Source: Callorhinchus milii
Lineage: Eukaryota
NCBI RefSeq assembly: GCF_018977255.1
Contig: NW_024704743.1
Span: 19,098,001-19,162,000 of the forward strand
Length of the DNA: 64,000 nt
Reading direction: 5' to 3'
Below, in pieces: positions 1-12,509 of the stretch. Position 1 is the first letter of the stretch, and each line of letters starts with the position of its first letter. Made by a program: the position numbers and the translations under genes. Below the pieces are notes generated by a model, which did no database searches, was not told the DNA's origin, and worked only from the letters and a program-made list of their open reading frames with translations.

Positions 1-1445
1 TGCAGAAAGACAGCTTTTGAAGAGAATAGCTTCAATAAAAACATAACAACAACTTGCATTTATATAATGTCCTTCATGTGGGGTAGTGTATCGGAGAGCT
101 TATCCTACAGGATAAAGAATTAAACCTGAACACTGTTGTACAGCGGCTTTGGATTTTGGTTTTCAAACACTGAAACTAACCTGTTGCATTAATGGGTATT
201 TTGTAAGGTAATAGCATCTGCTTTCACTTTATAGTTGAGAAGTGTGCATATTACATAATATTCCAATATTCAAAATCACTTCCAAATTATTAAATGCGGG
301 CAATTGGTTTCTGAGAGACTCTCTACGTGTATCAAGTATCCTTTAATATGTCAGCTAAGTACTTTGGTCAATCCAGCAATTAATCATTCATAAAAGCTCC
401 CTTTCATAGCTAAAGGCATAGGTCACAAAACCCACAGCAAACTATTTAGGGAAACTTATTTTATGAAGTTGCTGAGTTCAAGGTTGTTTCAACATACAAA
501 TCAACTGAATGATCAACTGTCAACTTGAATAATAACAATTTCCCAGTCATTAAATCGTACATAATATATGCACAGCACATGATTTGCAAAATGTGAAAAA
601 AATGATTTTGTGTGTTCAGTATGAAGGAACTATTTTACAACCACTACTTTCAAAACTATGAAATCATAGATGCTAGGATGGACTGGGCAAAGGCTATCAC
701 CCACAGCTGTCAAGTCTCAATAGTTATGTTTTCTAAATGCATAGTGTTTATTCCAAATTGTAGCTTTTCTGACATCATCTATGGAGCCTTTACGTAAGGA
801 TGCTCATGAAGGCGTTTTGGATCAAGTAAAACATTTGTTTGAATGACCGATTGCAGCTGGATAGTTGGTAGCAGTCAGTAAAGAATTCAATAACCACTTA
901 ACCAGGTATTTTCATGAACATAATATGATCAGCATAACGATCACACAGAAACTCAGGTCATGGACTCCTGTTCTATTTGGGTAGAGCTATTGTTGTGGGA
1001 CTTTTAGTGTCAGTTTAAATTGAAACTGAATTACAGTGTCAGTTTTGATCAGCCGGCCAACAATTCTAATAATGGAAACCTCACGTAGTCTTTGGAGCTA
1101 TTTACAGCAATATCATGTTGTTGTCTAGAATATCCAATCTTATTAATAAAGGATTTCAGAGCACTTTACGAATGCCAACAATTTAAAAATAAAAATCTTA
1201 AAAGTCTACACAAGAAATGAGAGCAGAATTAGTGAAATAGTAATCTTTTATTCTGTTGGTAAGAGTAACAGATTCCTTTATTTTTCTCCTCAGCTCATAC
1301 ATTATGACCTGTTGATATGAGAACAGGCCAAGGAGACATGGCTCTAGGCTTCTACCAATTCCATACTGACATGGCTACGAGGAAGCAGCTGGGGGACAAT
1401 CTACCCTCACATAGAGTAGCCTCACTTCTGCTCCGATTCAGTGGG

Positions 1446-1670
1446 ATAATAATAATAATAATAATAATAATCCTTGCATTTGATATAGCGCTTTTCACGT
1501 CGGGAGGACATCCCAAAGCGCTTCACAGAACACACTGTAAAGTGAATTGACTGTATATTTGTGGGCGAACACGGCAGCCAATTTCGCACAGCAATGTCCC
1601 ACAAACAGTCATGGATTGAAAATGACCAATTTATTATTGTTGTTTTTTTGGAGGGATTATTATTAGGGAT
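1446..1670 (-). mobile_element. 5'-truncated SINE
   Basis: Tail and core match the family. Confidence 0.85.
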
Positions 1671-3039
1671 CAATGGAATGGGGGTTGAACAATATCCTGG
1701 CAAACAACTGCCTTCTACTCTGCTGTGCCACATTATATTGTTTGTTACGCTACATGATAGTAGAGTATCATATATGGCGTATCATATATATCTTAGTATC
1801 ACATTCATGGTTACGCGTTTCACACACAAAATACAGTCAATCCACTTTACCATCTATTGGTGAAGCGTTTTGAGACGTCTCAACGGTGTGATAAGGCACT
1901 ATATCAAATGCAAGGATTATTATTATGATGATGATGCAACAAAATATTACATACCTTTGTCAAAGAAATCACCTGCCAAGCATTGCTGGGGTTGCAGTCA
2001 GGGTTCGTTTATGTTCTAGTCGGGAAAAAAAATGTTCAACTCCACTCTTTATACGTTATACTTTGGTGGACACTAGCCAGGAATGGTATAATATATGCAT
2101 GCACATATCAGAGTATTTGCTAGTTCTGCACGGTGATCCCAAACAATAATCAGTCTAGGCATTTACCATAAGGATATTTTGCATCTTCAAAAAAGCTACA
2201 AGGTAGGTAACTCTTCCTAGTTTGCCACACTGCACAGCACAAACCCCTGGGGATCAGGATCTGAAGATGGAGGTTTTGTTGGCAGGGGGAAGGGGAGGTG
2301 GGGTGAAGGAAGGGAGGAGGAAAGGAAGAGTTAGTACAAAGGTTGTCATCCAAGCAGCTGTCACCATGACTCTCAGATCTAAATAGTAACATTTTGCAAA
2401 TGTAAGATTACTCCAAATAGAAGCCAAGCAGATGTTGTTTGCTCTAAATACTATACCTGAGGGTTCCCATGTAGAATGGGATGAATGACGCTTGGCAGAA
2501 CTAGGAATGCATGTATAGACACAGCTCCCCAAACTGAAATTCATCCACCATCTATAGTCTTGAAGTGGAAACAAAGGAATTAATGATTATCTTAACAGAT
2601 TCAATGTATTAATGCGTGTGGAAAATTGCAATTTCCAGTCAATTACTAAACTGGCTATGGCTATGAACTTGGATTGGTGATGATATGAGTGACAGACACT
2701 GGCAATGGGCACGGAACTTTTTAGAAAAACAGTGCTACAATTAATATATTTTTTTAAAAAATGACAATTAGTTTCATATTTTAATTTTTTTAACAAAATC
2801 ATTCTTGAAGTGAGAAGAAACATTTTTTTCCAAAAAAAAGGCTGACACAAAGCACATTTCAATGCCAAAAGCACAAAGAATTTGAAGATCCTCAACAATA
2901 TTAACCTTAACACTAAACTAACAATACTGACTTCAATAATGATCACAATAAAAGAATGGAAAAGAACGTAAAAATGAGACCATAATAAATGCCAAGAATA
3001 TTATTATTGCCTTGGGGAAAAATAACATCTCCACCAAGG

Positions 3040-4260
3040 AACTTAGGAAACATAGGAATAGGAGTAGGCCATTCAGCCCTTCGAGCCTGTTCCGTCATTC
3101 AATTAAATCATGTTCTGTACCTCAACTAATCCTTTCAATTCCAATTTCCCGCTTTTCCCACATATCCCTTGACACCCTGAGCTACCAAAAATCTATCAAC
3201 CTCACTCTTGAATCCAATATCCACCACCTTTTGGGAGAGAGAGTTCCAGATTTCTATTACCCTCAGTGAAAAAATGCTTCCTGATTTCACCCTTAAATGG
3301 TCTGGTTCTAATTTTAAGACTATGCTTCCTTGCTTTGGATTTCCCCACCAGAGGAAATAGCTTCTCTATCAAATCCCTTTATCATCTTAAACACCTCAAT
3401 CAAATCACCCTCAACCTCTAAATTCAAGGGAATACAATCGAAGTTTATGCAGCCTTTCCTCGTAACTTAACCCTGGTAACATTCTGGTGAACCTGCCCTA
3501 CACCCCCTCCAGGGCTAATATATCTTTTGTGAGATGCCTAAAATTAAACGCAGTATCCAAGTGGTGTCTGACCAATGGTCTGTACAGCTGAAGCATCCTT
3601 TCTTCCCCTTTGTATTCTAGGCCCTTTGAGATAAAGGACAACATAACATTTGCCTTTTTGATTACACTTGGAACTAGTTTTTAATGATTTATGGATATAG
3701 ACACCCTTCCATAGTTAAATTTCTCCCCATTAAAAAAATATTTTGTTTATCTTTTTTCAATCCATAGTGGATGACCTCACACTTCCCTACATTGAACTTC
3801 ATCTGCCACAGGTTTGCCCACTCACTTAATCTGTCTAAGTCCCTTGTAACTTCCTACTCCCAGCTACACAATTTACTGAGCGTAGTGTTGTCTACAAACT
3901 TGGATATAAAACTTTCTATTCATACAAATCATTTATTTCTATAACGAAAAGCTGAGGTCCCAGTGCAGACCACTGGGGGACACCATTTGTCATGTCCCAC
4001 CAATCAGAGAATGTTCCTTTTATCCCTACTCTCTGTTTCCTGCCTCCCAACCAATTACTAAACCATGTCACAATGTTACTTCCAACTCCATGCGCTTCCA
4101 TTTTCACTGATAATCTTTTGTGTAGAACCTTATCAAATGCCCTCTGAAAGTCCATATAAACAACATCCATAGACAGTCTCTTATCTACCATTTTAGTGGG
4201 CCTCAAATAATTCAACTGGATTAGTCAGACACAACCTACCCTTCACAAACAATTGCTGAC
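3040..4260 (-). mobile_element. CR1-clade LINE, decayed 3' part of ORF2 plus tail
   Basis: RT peptide DVVYMDFQRAFDKVLHKRL...GVPQWSALGPQLF (ORF 3916-4215); CR1-type tail at ~3040-3110. Confidence 0.88.
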
Positions 4261-5094
4261 CATCTTTGACAACCTCATACCTGTCTACGTGTTTAGTTCA
4301 GTGTTCAAGTTTTTATACCATGGAGAATCAGGACAGTATGTGGGTGAGCAACAGAAAAATCTGACAATTTTGGATTGTGTCTCTCATCGATGGCAAAAGG
4401 TCATATCACGTGCTACCTACCCTCTGGTTTCTTTTAACAACAACAACAACAACAAGATTCCATTTATTGAGCGCCTTTCACGTCGGGAGGACCTCCCAAG
4501 GCGCTGTACAGTTGGGTCAGGACCCGAGCAAGGGGGACCGCTATTGTATGCATAAATAAATCTACTCTTTGACAAATTGGGCAACAACCACCCGTTGGGA
4601 CCACCAAGCTGGACAATAGAACTAAACTGTATTTTCATTGGATCACAGAGATGTCTCTCTGCTCACTTAAATCAGGTTTCATTGAGGTGAAAGGGCAAAT
4701 ATACACACCCATTAAAGTCAAGACAAATTGCAATTTATTAACGTACAATTAAATAAGTATTAGAATTGACACATTTAACTAAAAACCAACAGGAATGACT
4801 GAAAAGGATAAAGGTGCCTGAGATTATGTTCAGGAATGAATTATACAAGGATAGGTCGGGAGGTGCGATGGAATGAAGTTATTGAAAAATGAGTGAGAGG
4901 ATATTGAAATCCCAGCACTTGTAGACCACCCATTGGATATGTGGAAGCAGTACCCTGTCAAGCATTGGCTAACCGATTAGTGGGAACCATCATACCTAGA
5001 TATGGTCTGTTGACTATCATTGAATCTTACAAAGGTTCACATTTCCCAAGAACAGTGAACCAGGAAGTTCGGCAGCAATTTGGAATTAAGCATA

Positions 5095-6770
5095 ATTAAG
5101 TCCCTTCATCCCCTCAATCATTTTGGTTGCCCTCCTCTGTATCCTCTCAATCGCTGCAATATCTTTTTATGTTGCAGCGATCAGAACTGCACACAGTATT
5201 CCAAGGGCAGTCACACCAATGATTTATCAAGTGGCAGGATTACCTCACTATTTCAGCTCAATATTGCCCTTTTAATACAACCCAACATCTGGTTTGCCTT
5301 ACTCACTGCTACCAAGTACTGTTGCGAAAGCTTTAATTTATTGTTAATCAGGCCACCACAGGTCCTTTTCATTTTCCGTACAGATTCTTTTCTTTCCATT
5401 TAAATAATTGTCCCTTCCTGGATTTTTTAACCCCACGTGAAGCACTTTGCATTTCTCTACATCAAATTTCATCTGCCATTGATGTGCCCAATACCCAACT
5501 ATTTTCAAGTCCTCCTGTAATCTATCCTGTTAATCTTTGCAGTCTACCACCTTCATTAGCTTTGTGTCAACTGCAAATTTAGCCACTAGTGCTTGTGATT
5601 TCCAGCTCCAGGTCATTTCTGAAGATGTTAAATAATCAGGGTTTATCAAAACAGACCACTGTGGAAGTCCACTGATGATATTCTCCCAGCCTGATGACAT
5701 TCCTTCTACCACCGCCCTCTGGGTTCTATCGGTCAGCCAATTAAGTATCCATTGCAAGATACGTCCTGATTCCCTTTTTTTTATTTTCAGTGTACCAGCC
5801 TTTCATGAGGAACTGTATCAAAGGCCTCAGTGAAATCCAGATGTACAACATCCACTGGCTTACCATTATCAACCTCTTTTGTCACATAGTCAAAGAAAAC
5901 CAGTCAGTTAGTTTGGCAGTATCTCCACTTCATGAACCCATATTGGCTTTTATCATGTTATTACTGTTCAGATGTTCCATGATCTTATTTTTAATAAGAG
6001 TCTCCATAACTTTAGCCACAATAGATGTCAAACTCACTAGTCTGTAGTTTCCTGGGTTACTTTTGCTACCTTTTAAAATTAGGAGTAACATCTGCCATTC
6101 TCCAGTCCCCAGGCACCTCTCCAGTGTTTGGTGATTTCAGAAAGATTTGTGCCAGAATTCCTGCAATTGCCTCCCTTGGTTCCTTAAGGATCTTTGGATA
6201 CAATTTATTTTGGCCCTTCGGATTTGTTTATCTTAAGCTTCCACAGTAGTTCGACAACCCTGGTGGTAGTGTTACGCATAGTGTCACAACTTGCCTTTGC
6301 CATTGAGTTTTCTTTCTAGATCCAATAAATTTCCTGACTCCTGCTTACTAAAAACTGAGGCAAAAAACTTATTTAATACTTCTGCATCTTGTGTAGCATC
6401 ATTTGTCATATCCTCACCTGATCCCACCTTCAATGGCCCAATTCCATCCAACATTTTTCTTTTTCTCTTAATGTAACTAAAAATCTTTTTATCGTTATCC
6501 TTCATATCTCTTGCCATGGTCAGTTTGAAAACATTCTTTGCCATTCTGATACCTTTCTTACAATCCTGACATGCCTTCTGGTAATATCGATCTTTCCCCA
6601 TGCCATTTTCCTTCATGGCCTTAAATGCCTTTTATTCCTTCTTTATGAGTGGCTTTATGGCCCTGTCCACCAGGCAGCCCTTAAGCTTGGTACCTTTGCT
6701 TTCCATTGGTCCATTGCATTCAAAATCAGCTCCTTGAATGAAGTCCATAATGCCACAGCTCCCTTAACCA
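5095..6770 (-). mobile_element. CR1-clade LINE, decayed ORF2 fragment
   Basis: Peptides WILNWLTDRTQRAVVEG..SGLPQWSVL, KFAVDTKL, KKIFSYIKRK and AEVLNKFFASVF. Confidence 0.85.
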
Positions 6771-6859
6771 TGTTTAAACCATAAACAGACTGTGGTCACA
6801 GTCGTTCTGGATCAACTCAAGAGACTACCCTGTTGATTCCAGTCTGAGAAGGATGAGCA

Positions 6860-8080
6860 TGAGATAGTGGACAGCAGGCTGAGCAGAGGGAGCGGACAGG
6901 TTGATAAGGGGTTAGCAGATTACGGAGATAGAAAGGGGCAAGACTGGGGAAGGCCTTGAAGGCAAGGATGAGGATTTTGAACTCTATCCTGAGGGATGGG
7001 GTGTCAGTGGAGCCGGGCGAGGGTGGGTGTGATGGGGTCACGGAGCCCAGTGCGGGAGAGGATGCGAGCTACAGTGTTCTGGATGATCTGCAGCTTGTGG
7101 AGGGAAGAACGGGAAGCAGGGAGTTGGTGTAGTTGAGCCTAGATGTGATGAACATTAAATTTGGTGGCCTGAGGGATGAGGCAATGGCGGAGCTGAGGGA
7201 TGTTGTTGAGGTGGGGAAGGCAGAGTGGGTCATGGCAGAGATGTGAGGGAGAAAGAACAGTTGAGGGTCAAACAAGATGCTAAGATTCCTGAGTGGCTTA
7301 GTAAGGTGGCGTGTGCATCCATGGATGGTGATGCTGCCAGTGCCTGAGGTGCGGAGCTACTGACTGGAGCCAATCAGGAGAGCCTCGATCTTATTGACCT
7401 TCAACTGTAAAAAGTTAGCTCTCATCCAGGACTTAATGTCTAACAGACATTCTATCAGGACAGAGGTGGTCCTGGAGTTGAGGGTGGAGGCAGAGAGAGT
7501 TGGGTGCCATCTGCATACATGTGGAGGTTGACCCCATGTCTGCAGATGAAGTCACCAAGAGAGAGCATGTTGAAGAGGAGGGGACCAAGGACAGGGCCCT
7601 GAGGATCACTGCAGAGGACTGGAAGAGAAGCTGTTTGTAGAGACAAAGTGGAGATGGTGTGAGAGGTAGGTTCTGAACCATTCAAGGACAGAACCATGAA
7701 GGTTAAGGTGAGAGAGGCGGTGGAGGATAGAGTGGTAAACTATCAAAGGAAACAGAGAGGTCAAAGAGGACGAGGTGACAGAGGGAGCCCTAGTCACAGA
7801 TGATCAGTGACGTTGCAAAGGAGAAGGACTGCTGACACAAGCCAGGAATATCGGAACAGGCAAATAGTGCCATCGAACAGTTCAGAAGAGGGAGTGGACA
7901 GGCTTATAAGGGGTTACAGAGGTAGGAAGGGGCAAGGCTGTAGAAGGCCTTGAAGGAGAGGATTTTGAACTCTCCTGAGGGATGGGGAGCCAGTGGAGCC
8001 GGGCGAGGGTGGGAGTAATGGGATCAACCGAGCCCAGTGCGGAAGAGGTCACGAGCTGCAGTGGGACGTTTTGGTCATCC
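6860..8080 (-). mobile_element. L2-clade LINE, decayed ORF2 fragments
   Basis: [11 protein letters not shown]...[27 protein letters not shown]. Confidence 0.85.
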
Positions 8081-10097
8081 TGTACTTGTCCTCCCCAAAT
8101 ACCTATTGGAAGAATGGCTAAGAATTACAGAAAGGTATTACGTTCCTACATAATGCAACCTGTGATTAGAACACTGCTACAAAATAAAATGGAGGAAGAC
8201 AAACAAAACCAGCTAATAGAAGGAGTGGTGCGTGACGTAGAAGCAGCTCTGAATGAAATTCTGCTAATTAATCATATTTAATTTGACGAAGCTTTTGGAA
8301 ATATGATAGGATTAAATATGGCTTTGATGAAGAGATTAACTACCATCATCCCATACAAGAATAGGAATGATCCTTTGGATCAGGATGAAAAAGATTTTAG
8401 GAACTATTGGATTCTGACATCTTGGATGAAGTTGGTGGAATACCCTGCTGTGGTTACCTACCAATAATTAGAGAAAATGACAGATGCCGAGGCATTTGAG
8501 CAGTTGATACTGGTCAGGTACATATGTCCATTACAGCACAATCTTTAGTCAAAACACAAACGCCTTACACTTCTGTAGTTTGGAATAGGTGAGATGATTG
8601 GCAGTTCTTGGATCTTAGCCAAGGTAAACATGGTGGTATCATACATCGCAGGAAGCTCCCAAATACAAAAAAACGTTAACTTGATGCGGATGAGTAGGGG
8701 GAATGATATAAGGTGACAGCACAAAGTGTTCAGTACCCGTATTTGAATGTAAGAGTTTTCATAACAAAACTTAGCTCATCATCAGGAATGATTATGAAGG
8801 TTACCTTTACTCCTCAGGAACTCAGAGACAGTGTGGTAACTACACATTGTACCCGCGTATTGCTGAGTTTCATTCGAAAAGACCTAGAGCTAGGCACGTC
8901 CAAAATAGAAACAGAGACAATGTGGTTAGTAAGGGAATAATGGAAGAATTTGTCAGCTTTATTAGCCCAGTCCTGCCTAAGCCCCCACAGGCAGCAGTTT
9001 TCAAACAGATGCTTAAAGAATTTTGTATTGTGCCTTATCACGTCTTCAGGATTTCTCAAAGCGCCTCACAGAATATAGAGTGAATTGACTGTATATTTTG
9101 TGGGCGAAACGTGACAGCCAATTGCACACAGCAGTGTCCCACGGACAGTTGTGGATTGAGTGACCAAATTATTATTTTTTTTTGAAGGGGTTATTACCCC
9201 CGGAAAAGTGATCCTCCAATCGACTAACAACCGGGTTCCTACTTACTGTTAGGTAAACAGAGGGGTGTGGAGTAAGGAAACTTGACCAACATTTCACCTT
9301 GCTGGCCAGGACCCCGGAGAAACTCCCTTCTCATTTTGAACAGTGTCACTGGATCTTTATCAAGCAGAAGGCCTTGTGGTTTCATGCCCATTCAAACGAT
9401 GACATGTCAAACACAGCGCTGGAGGCTGAATCATCAAGTACAAATCATTAATTGGGGGAACAATGGAGCGAGCTTTTATCTAACTTTGAAGGTGTTTTGA
9501 GTGAAGAAAACCTTTCTCCCTTTTGGTACAGATACAGGATGACCAAAAAGTCTCATTCTTTAGCTACCCTATTATCAAAGAATCATAAAGCACAGAAGGA
9601 GGCCATTCAGTCCTTCGTACTCGTGCCGGCTCCTTGAAAGAGCTATCCAAATTAATCCCACTCCCCTGCGCTCTCCCCATGGCCTTGCAAATTTGTCGTC
9701 CACAAATACCTATCCACTTCTCACTTGAAAGTTATCAAATCTGCTTCCACCACCATTTCAGGCAGTGCATTCCAGATACAAACTCATCTAAAAAAACATT
9801 TATTTAAAACTTATTAGACATTGTAATGGTATCATGACTTTTTGGTCACCTGTAAATTGTGTAATGGACAAGTATTTAATCCATTGATATCCCTGATAGA
9901 ATTAACACTCTTGTCCATTCCTACTTCCTTTCCCAATCTTTAACAGCCACCCTTGAGCTGAGTGATGATAAGGAAACGATGGAATAGTCTTAAGTACTGT
10001 TCTTATCTCACCTACAATTAGAGTCAAGCACAGTGGAATACATTTCTTTCCAAGTCTCAGTTACTTGTATTTAATTTTTAATTTTGCAAGTTTGCAC

Positions 10098-10331
10098 TCA
10101 AACATGCTTCCTCAGGGATATTTGATGCCTCAAGCTTTGATTGAGACTTTTTTGTTTTGCTTTTAAGGCGTTCTGCACTTCATTCTCTGCTTTAGGCTTA
10201 ATTCTCTTTAAAGGCTTCTGCTTGTGTGCATACCGAGTCTTGGGTTGCCCTCTTCGTTTCATCTTGGTCATTTTCACTTTTGTGTATCGCTTGCGAGATT
10301 GACTACATTTGCCTCGATATCTCGTCTTCAT
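10098..10331 (-). CDS. Spermatid-specific nuclear basic protein S2-like (transition/protamine-like), copy A, 77 aa, intronless
   Basis: True ATG at 10331 (GAGTCATGA context); 27/77 residues K+R; C-terminus NEVQNALKAKQKSLNQSLRHQISLRKHV resembles dogfish S2 as I recall it; TATA upstream, ATTAAA downstream. Confidence 0.8.
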   Translation of the reverse strand: MKTRYRGKCSQSRKRYTKVKMTKMKRRGQPKTRYAHKQKPLKRIKPKAENEVQNALKAKQKSLNQSLRHQISLRKHV

Positions 10332-10401
10332 GACTCGTCTTTCTTTCACCAAACTTTTGTGGACGAACTGCACTTCTGTAAATGTTTGGTCATTTTTCAC
10401 C

Positions 10402-10408
10402 TTTTATA
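10402..10408 (-). promoter_or_regulatory. TATA box of S2-like copy A
   Basis: TATAAAAG on the minus strand, same spacing to ATG as copy B. Confidence 0.8.
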
Positions 10409-11218
10409 GTTCATGATGCTTCATGAAACATGTATGATGCTTTATGACACTGGGTAGCTACACCTTTGGTCTATGCCACAATATTGCCTTTTAAGGTACT
10501 GCTGCTCATATTACATGCACGTAATAAACCTTGTGTGCGTTCCTTATAAGGTATTGTTTTACACAGTTTGCAACAGTTGTAAATTTTGCCAGTTTACAGA
10601 AACTACCCTTGCAATGTATATTTTAAATAAACATTCAGTTCCAAAGTCCAGATCTCAGAGATTTAGGGCAAAGTCTGTTTTGAGTTTCTGACCCTCATTA
10701 CATTTGCTGACCTTGTCGCGAGAGTGCGTCCATTTTATCATCAGTCGTGAAATCTAGAGACCATGGCAGTGTGAGGTTAAAATGAGATTTTCCCATTACA
10801 ACCGCACATTGGCAAGATCCATAGATTTACCGACTGATGATAGAATCGGGCATGCTCACCCATAGGCACTAAATTCAACAACTCCACTATTATACTTTTC
10901 CTTCCCAGTCCCACCCAACTCAAAAGTTACAAACGTCCATAATATATAGGGCTTTAATTAAGACTTCATCATTACTGTGTAATTTTTACAATATCCTATG
11001 GAAATATTAGAAAAAGTTCATGGTGAACTTCTGTTGATAGCAACTCAAGTATAGTATCCAGCTAAATGCATGTTTAATTCAGAGTATGAATAGAATAAAA
11101 GACTTGCCCGCTACACCCAATATATTGACCCTAATCCCACTTAATATACTTCAAGTGGTGCTCAAATCATTTCAACAACAACAAAATTACATTTGTATAG
11201 TGTCAAATATATATATTT

Positions 11219-11532
11219 AATAATAAATAATAATAATAATCCTTGTATTTGATATTGCGTTTTTCAGTCGGGAGGACTTTCCAAAGCGCTTCACAGAACA
11301 CACTGTAAAGTGAATTGACTGTATATTTGTGGGCGAACGCGGCAGCCAATTGCGCACAGCAATGTCCCACAAACAGTTGTAGATTGAAAATGACCAATTT
11401 ATTATTGTTTTGGAGGGATTATTATTAGGCGTGCGGAGTAAGGAAACTTGCCCAAGGTTTCGCCCTGCCTGGAATTGAACTCAGGTCTCTCGCTTGCAAA
11501 GCGAGTGCTCTAACCACTGAGCTACAGGACTC
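11219..11532 (-). mobile_element. Full-length SINE in the spacer between the two S2-like genes
   Basis: Same family. Confidence 0.92.
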
Positions 11533-12169
11533 CATTTGTATACCCAAGGCAGTTCAAGTTAAGAAATGAAGTAACACAACCAAAATATAATAGTTTACTG
11601 TAACCTTTGTGACTCATGTCATCTGGTTAACACAACTGGATCAGCATTGATATCACTCATGTACAGACACCAACCACCTTGTGGTAAATTGTTATGTTCA
11701 TTAAAGTAACCTTTATTAAACATAGGGGTGAGCATGCCAGGTTCTCTCATCATTCAGTAAATCTATGGACCTTGACAATGTGAGGCTGCAATGGGAAAAT
11801 CCCATCTTAACCTCACAACACTATAGTCTCTGATTTACCGACCGATAAAATGGACATACTCTCGTGCCAAGGTCAGCAAATGTAATGAGGGTCAGAAAAT
11901 CAAGTACCTTTGCACCAAATCTCTGAGATCTGGACTTTGGAACTGAATGTTTATTTAAAATATCCACTGCATTGTAGTTTCTGCAAATCCGCTAGATTTA
12001 CCACTGATGCAAACTGTAAAACAATACCTTATAAGGAATGCACACAAGATTTATCACGTGCCGGTAATATGAGCAACAGCACCTTACAAGGTAATGTTGT
12101 AGCATAGACCAAACGTATAGCTACCCAGTGTCATAAAGCATCTTACACGTGTCATGATGCATCATGAAC

Positions 12170-12176
12170 TATAAAA
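12170..12176 (+). promoter_or_regulatory. TATA box of S2-like copy B
   Basis: TATAAAAG 77 nt upstream of the ATG; identical in the paralog. Confidence 0.8.
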
Positions 12177-12246
12177 GGTGAAAAATTACCAAAAATATTT
12201 ACATTTGCAGTTCGCCCACAAAAGATTGGTGAAAGAAAAACGAGTC

Positions 12247-12489
12247 ATGAAGATAAGATATCGTGGCAAGCGTAATCAATCTCGCAAGCGACACACGAAA
12301 GTGAGGAGAATGAGAAAGACCAAGTTGAAACGAAGAGGGCAACGTAAGACTCGGTATACATACAAGCAGAAGCCTTTAAAGAGAATGAAGCCTAAAGCAC
12401 AAAATGAAGTGCAGAACGCCTTAAAAGCAAAGCAAAAAAGTCTCAATGAAAGTTTGAGGCATCGAATATCCCTGAGGAAGCATGTTTGA
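12247..12489 (+). CDS. Spermatid-specific nuclear basic protein S2-like (transition/protamine-like), copy B, 80 aa, intronless
   Basis: True ATG at 12247; 33/80 residues K+R; C-terminus NEVQNALKAKQKSLNESLRHRISLRKHV; TATAAAA at 12170; AATAAA at 12504. Confidence 0.85.
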   Translation: MKIRYRGKRNQSRKRHTKVRRMRKTKLKRRGQRKTRYTYKQKPLKRMKPKAQNEVQNALKAKQKSLNESLRHRISLRKHV

Positions 12490-12503
12490 GTGCAAACTTA
12501 CAA

Positions 12504-12509
12504 AATAAA
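12504..12509 (+). terminator. Candidate poly(A) signal of S2-like copy B
   Basis: AATAAA followed by ATTAAA (12512); the paralog has two ATTAAA at 10070-10082. Confidence 0.5.

Larger units (their letters stand above)
9436..10861. repeat. Left arm of inverted segmental duplication (includes an ~200-bp CR1-tail insertion at ~9575-9790)
   Basis: Reverse complement aligns by eye with 11725-12940 along its length. Confidence 0.92.

Noticed and set aside
1..1200. Possible CACNB2 3' UTR expected from human synteny
   Set aside because: No coding exon or recognisable sequence here to support it
12178..12246. GTG-initiated N-terminal extensions of the S2-like ORFs in the ORF track (also 10332-10400)
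   Set aside because: The GTG abuts the TATA box, upstream of the expected TSS; the real starts are ATG 12247 and ATG 10331
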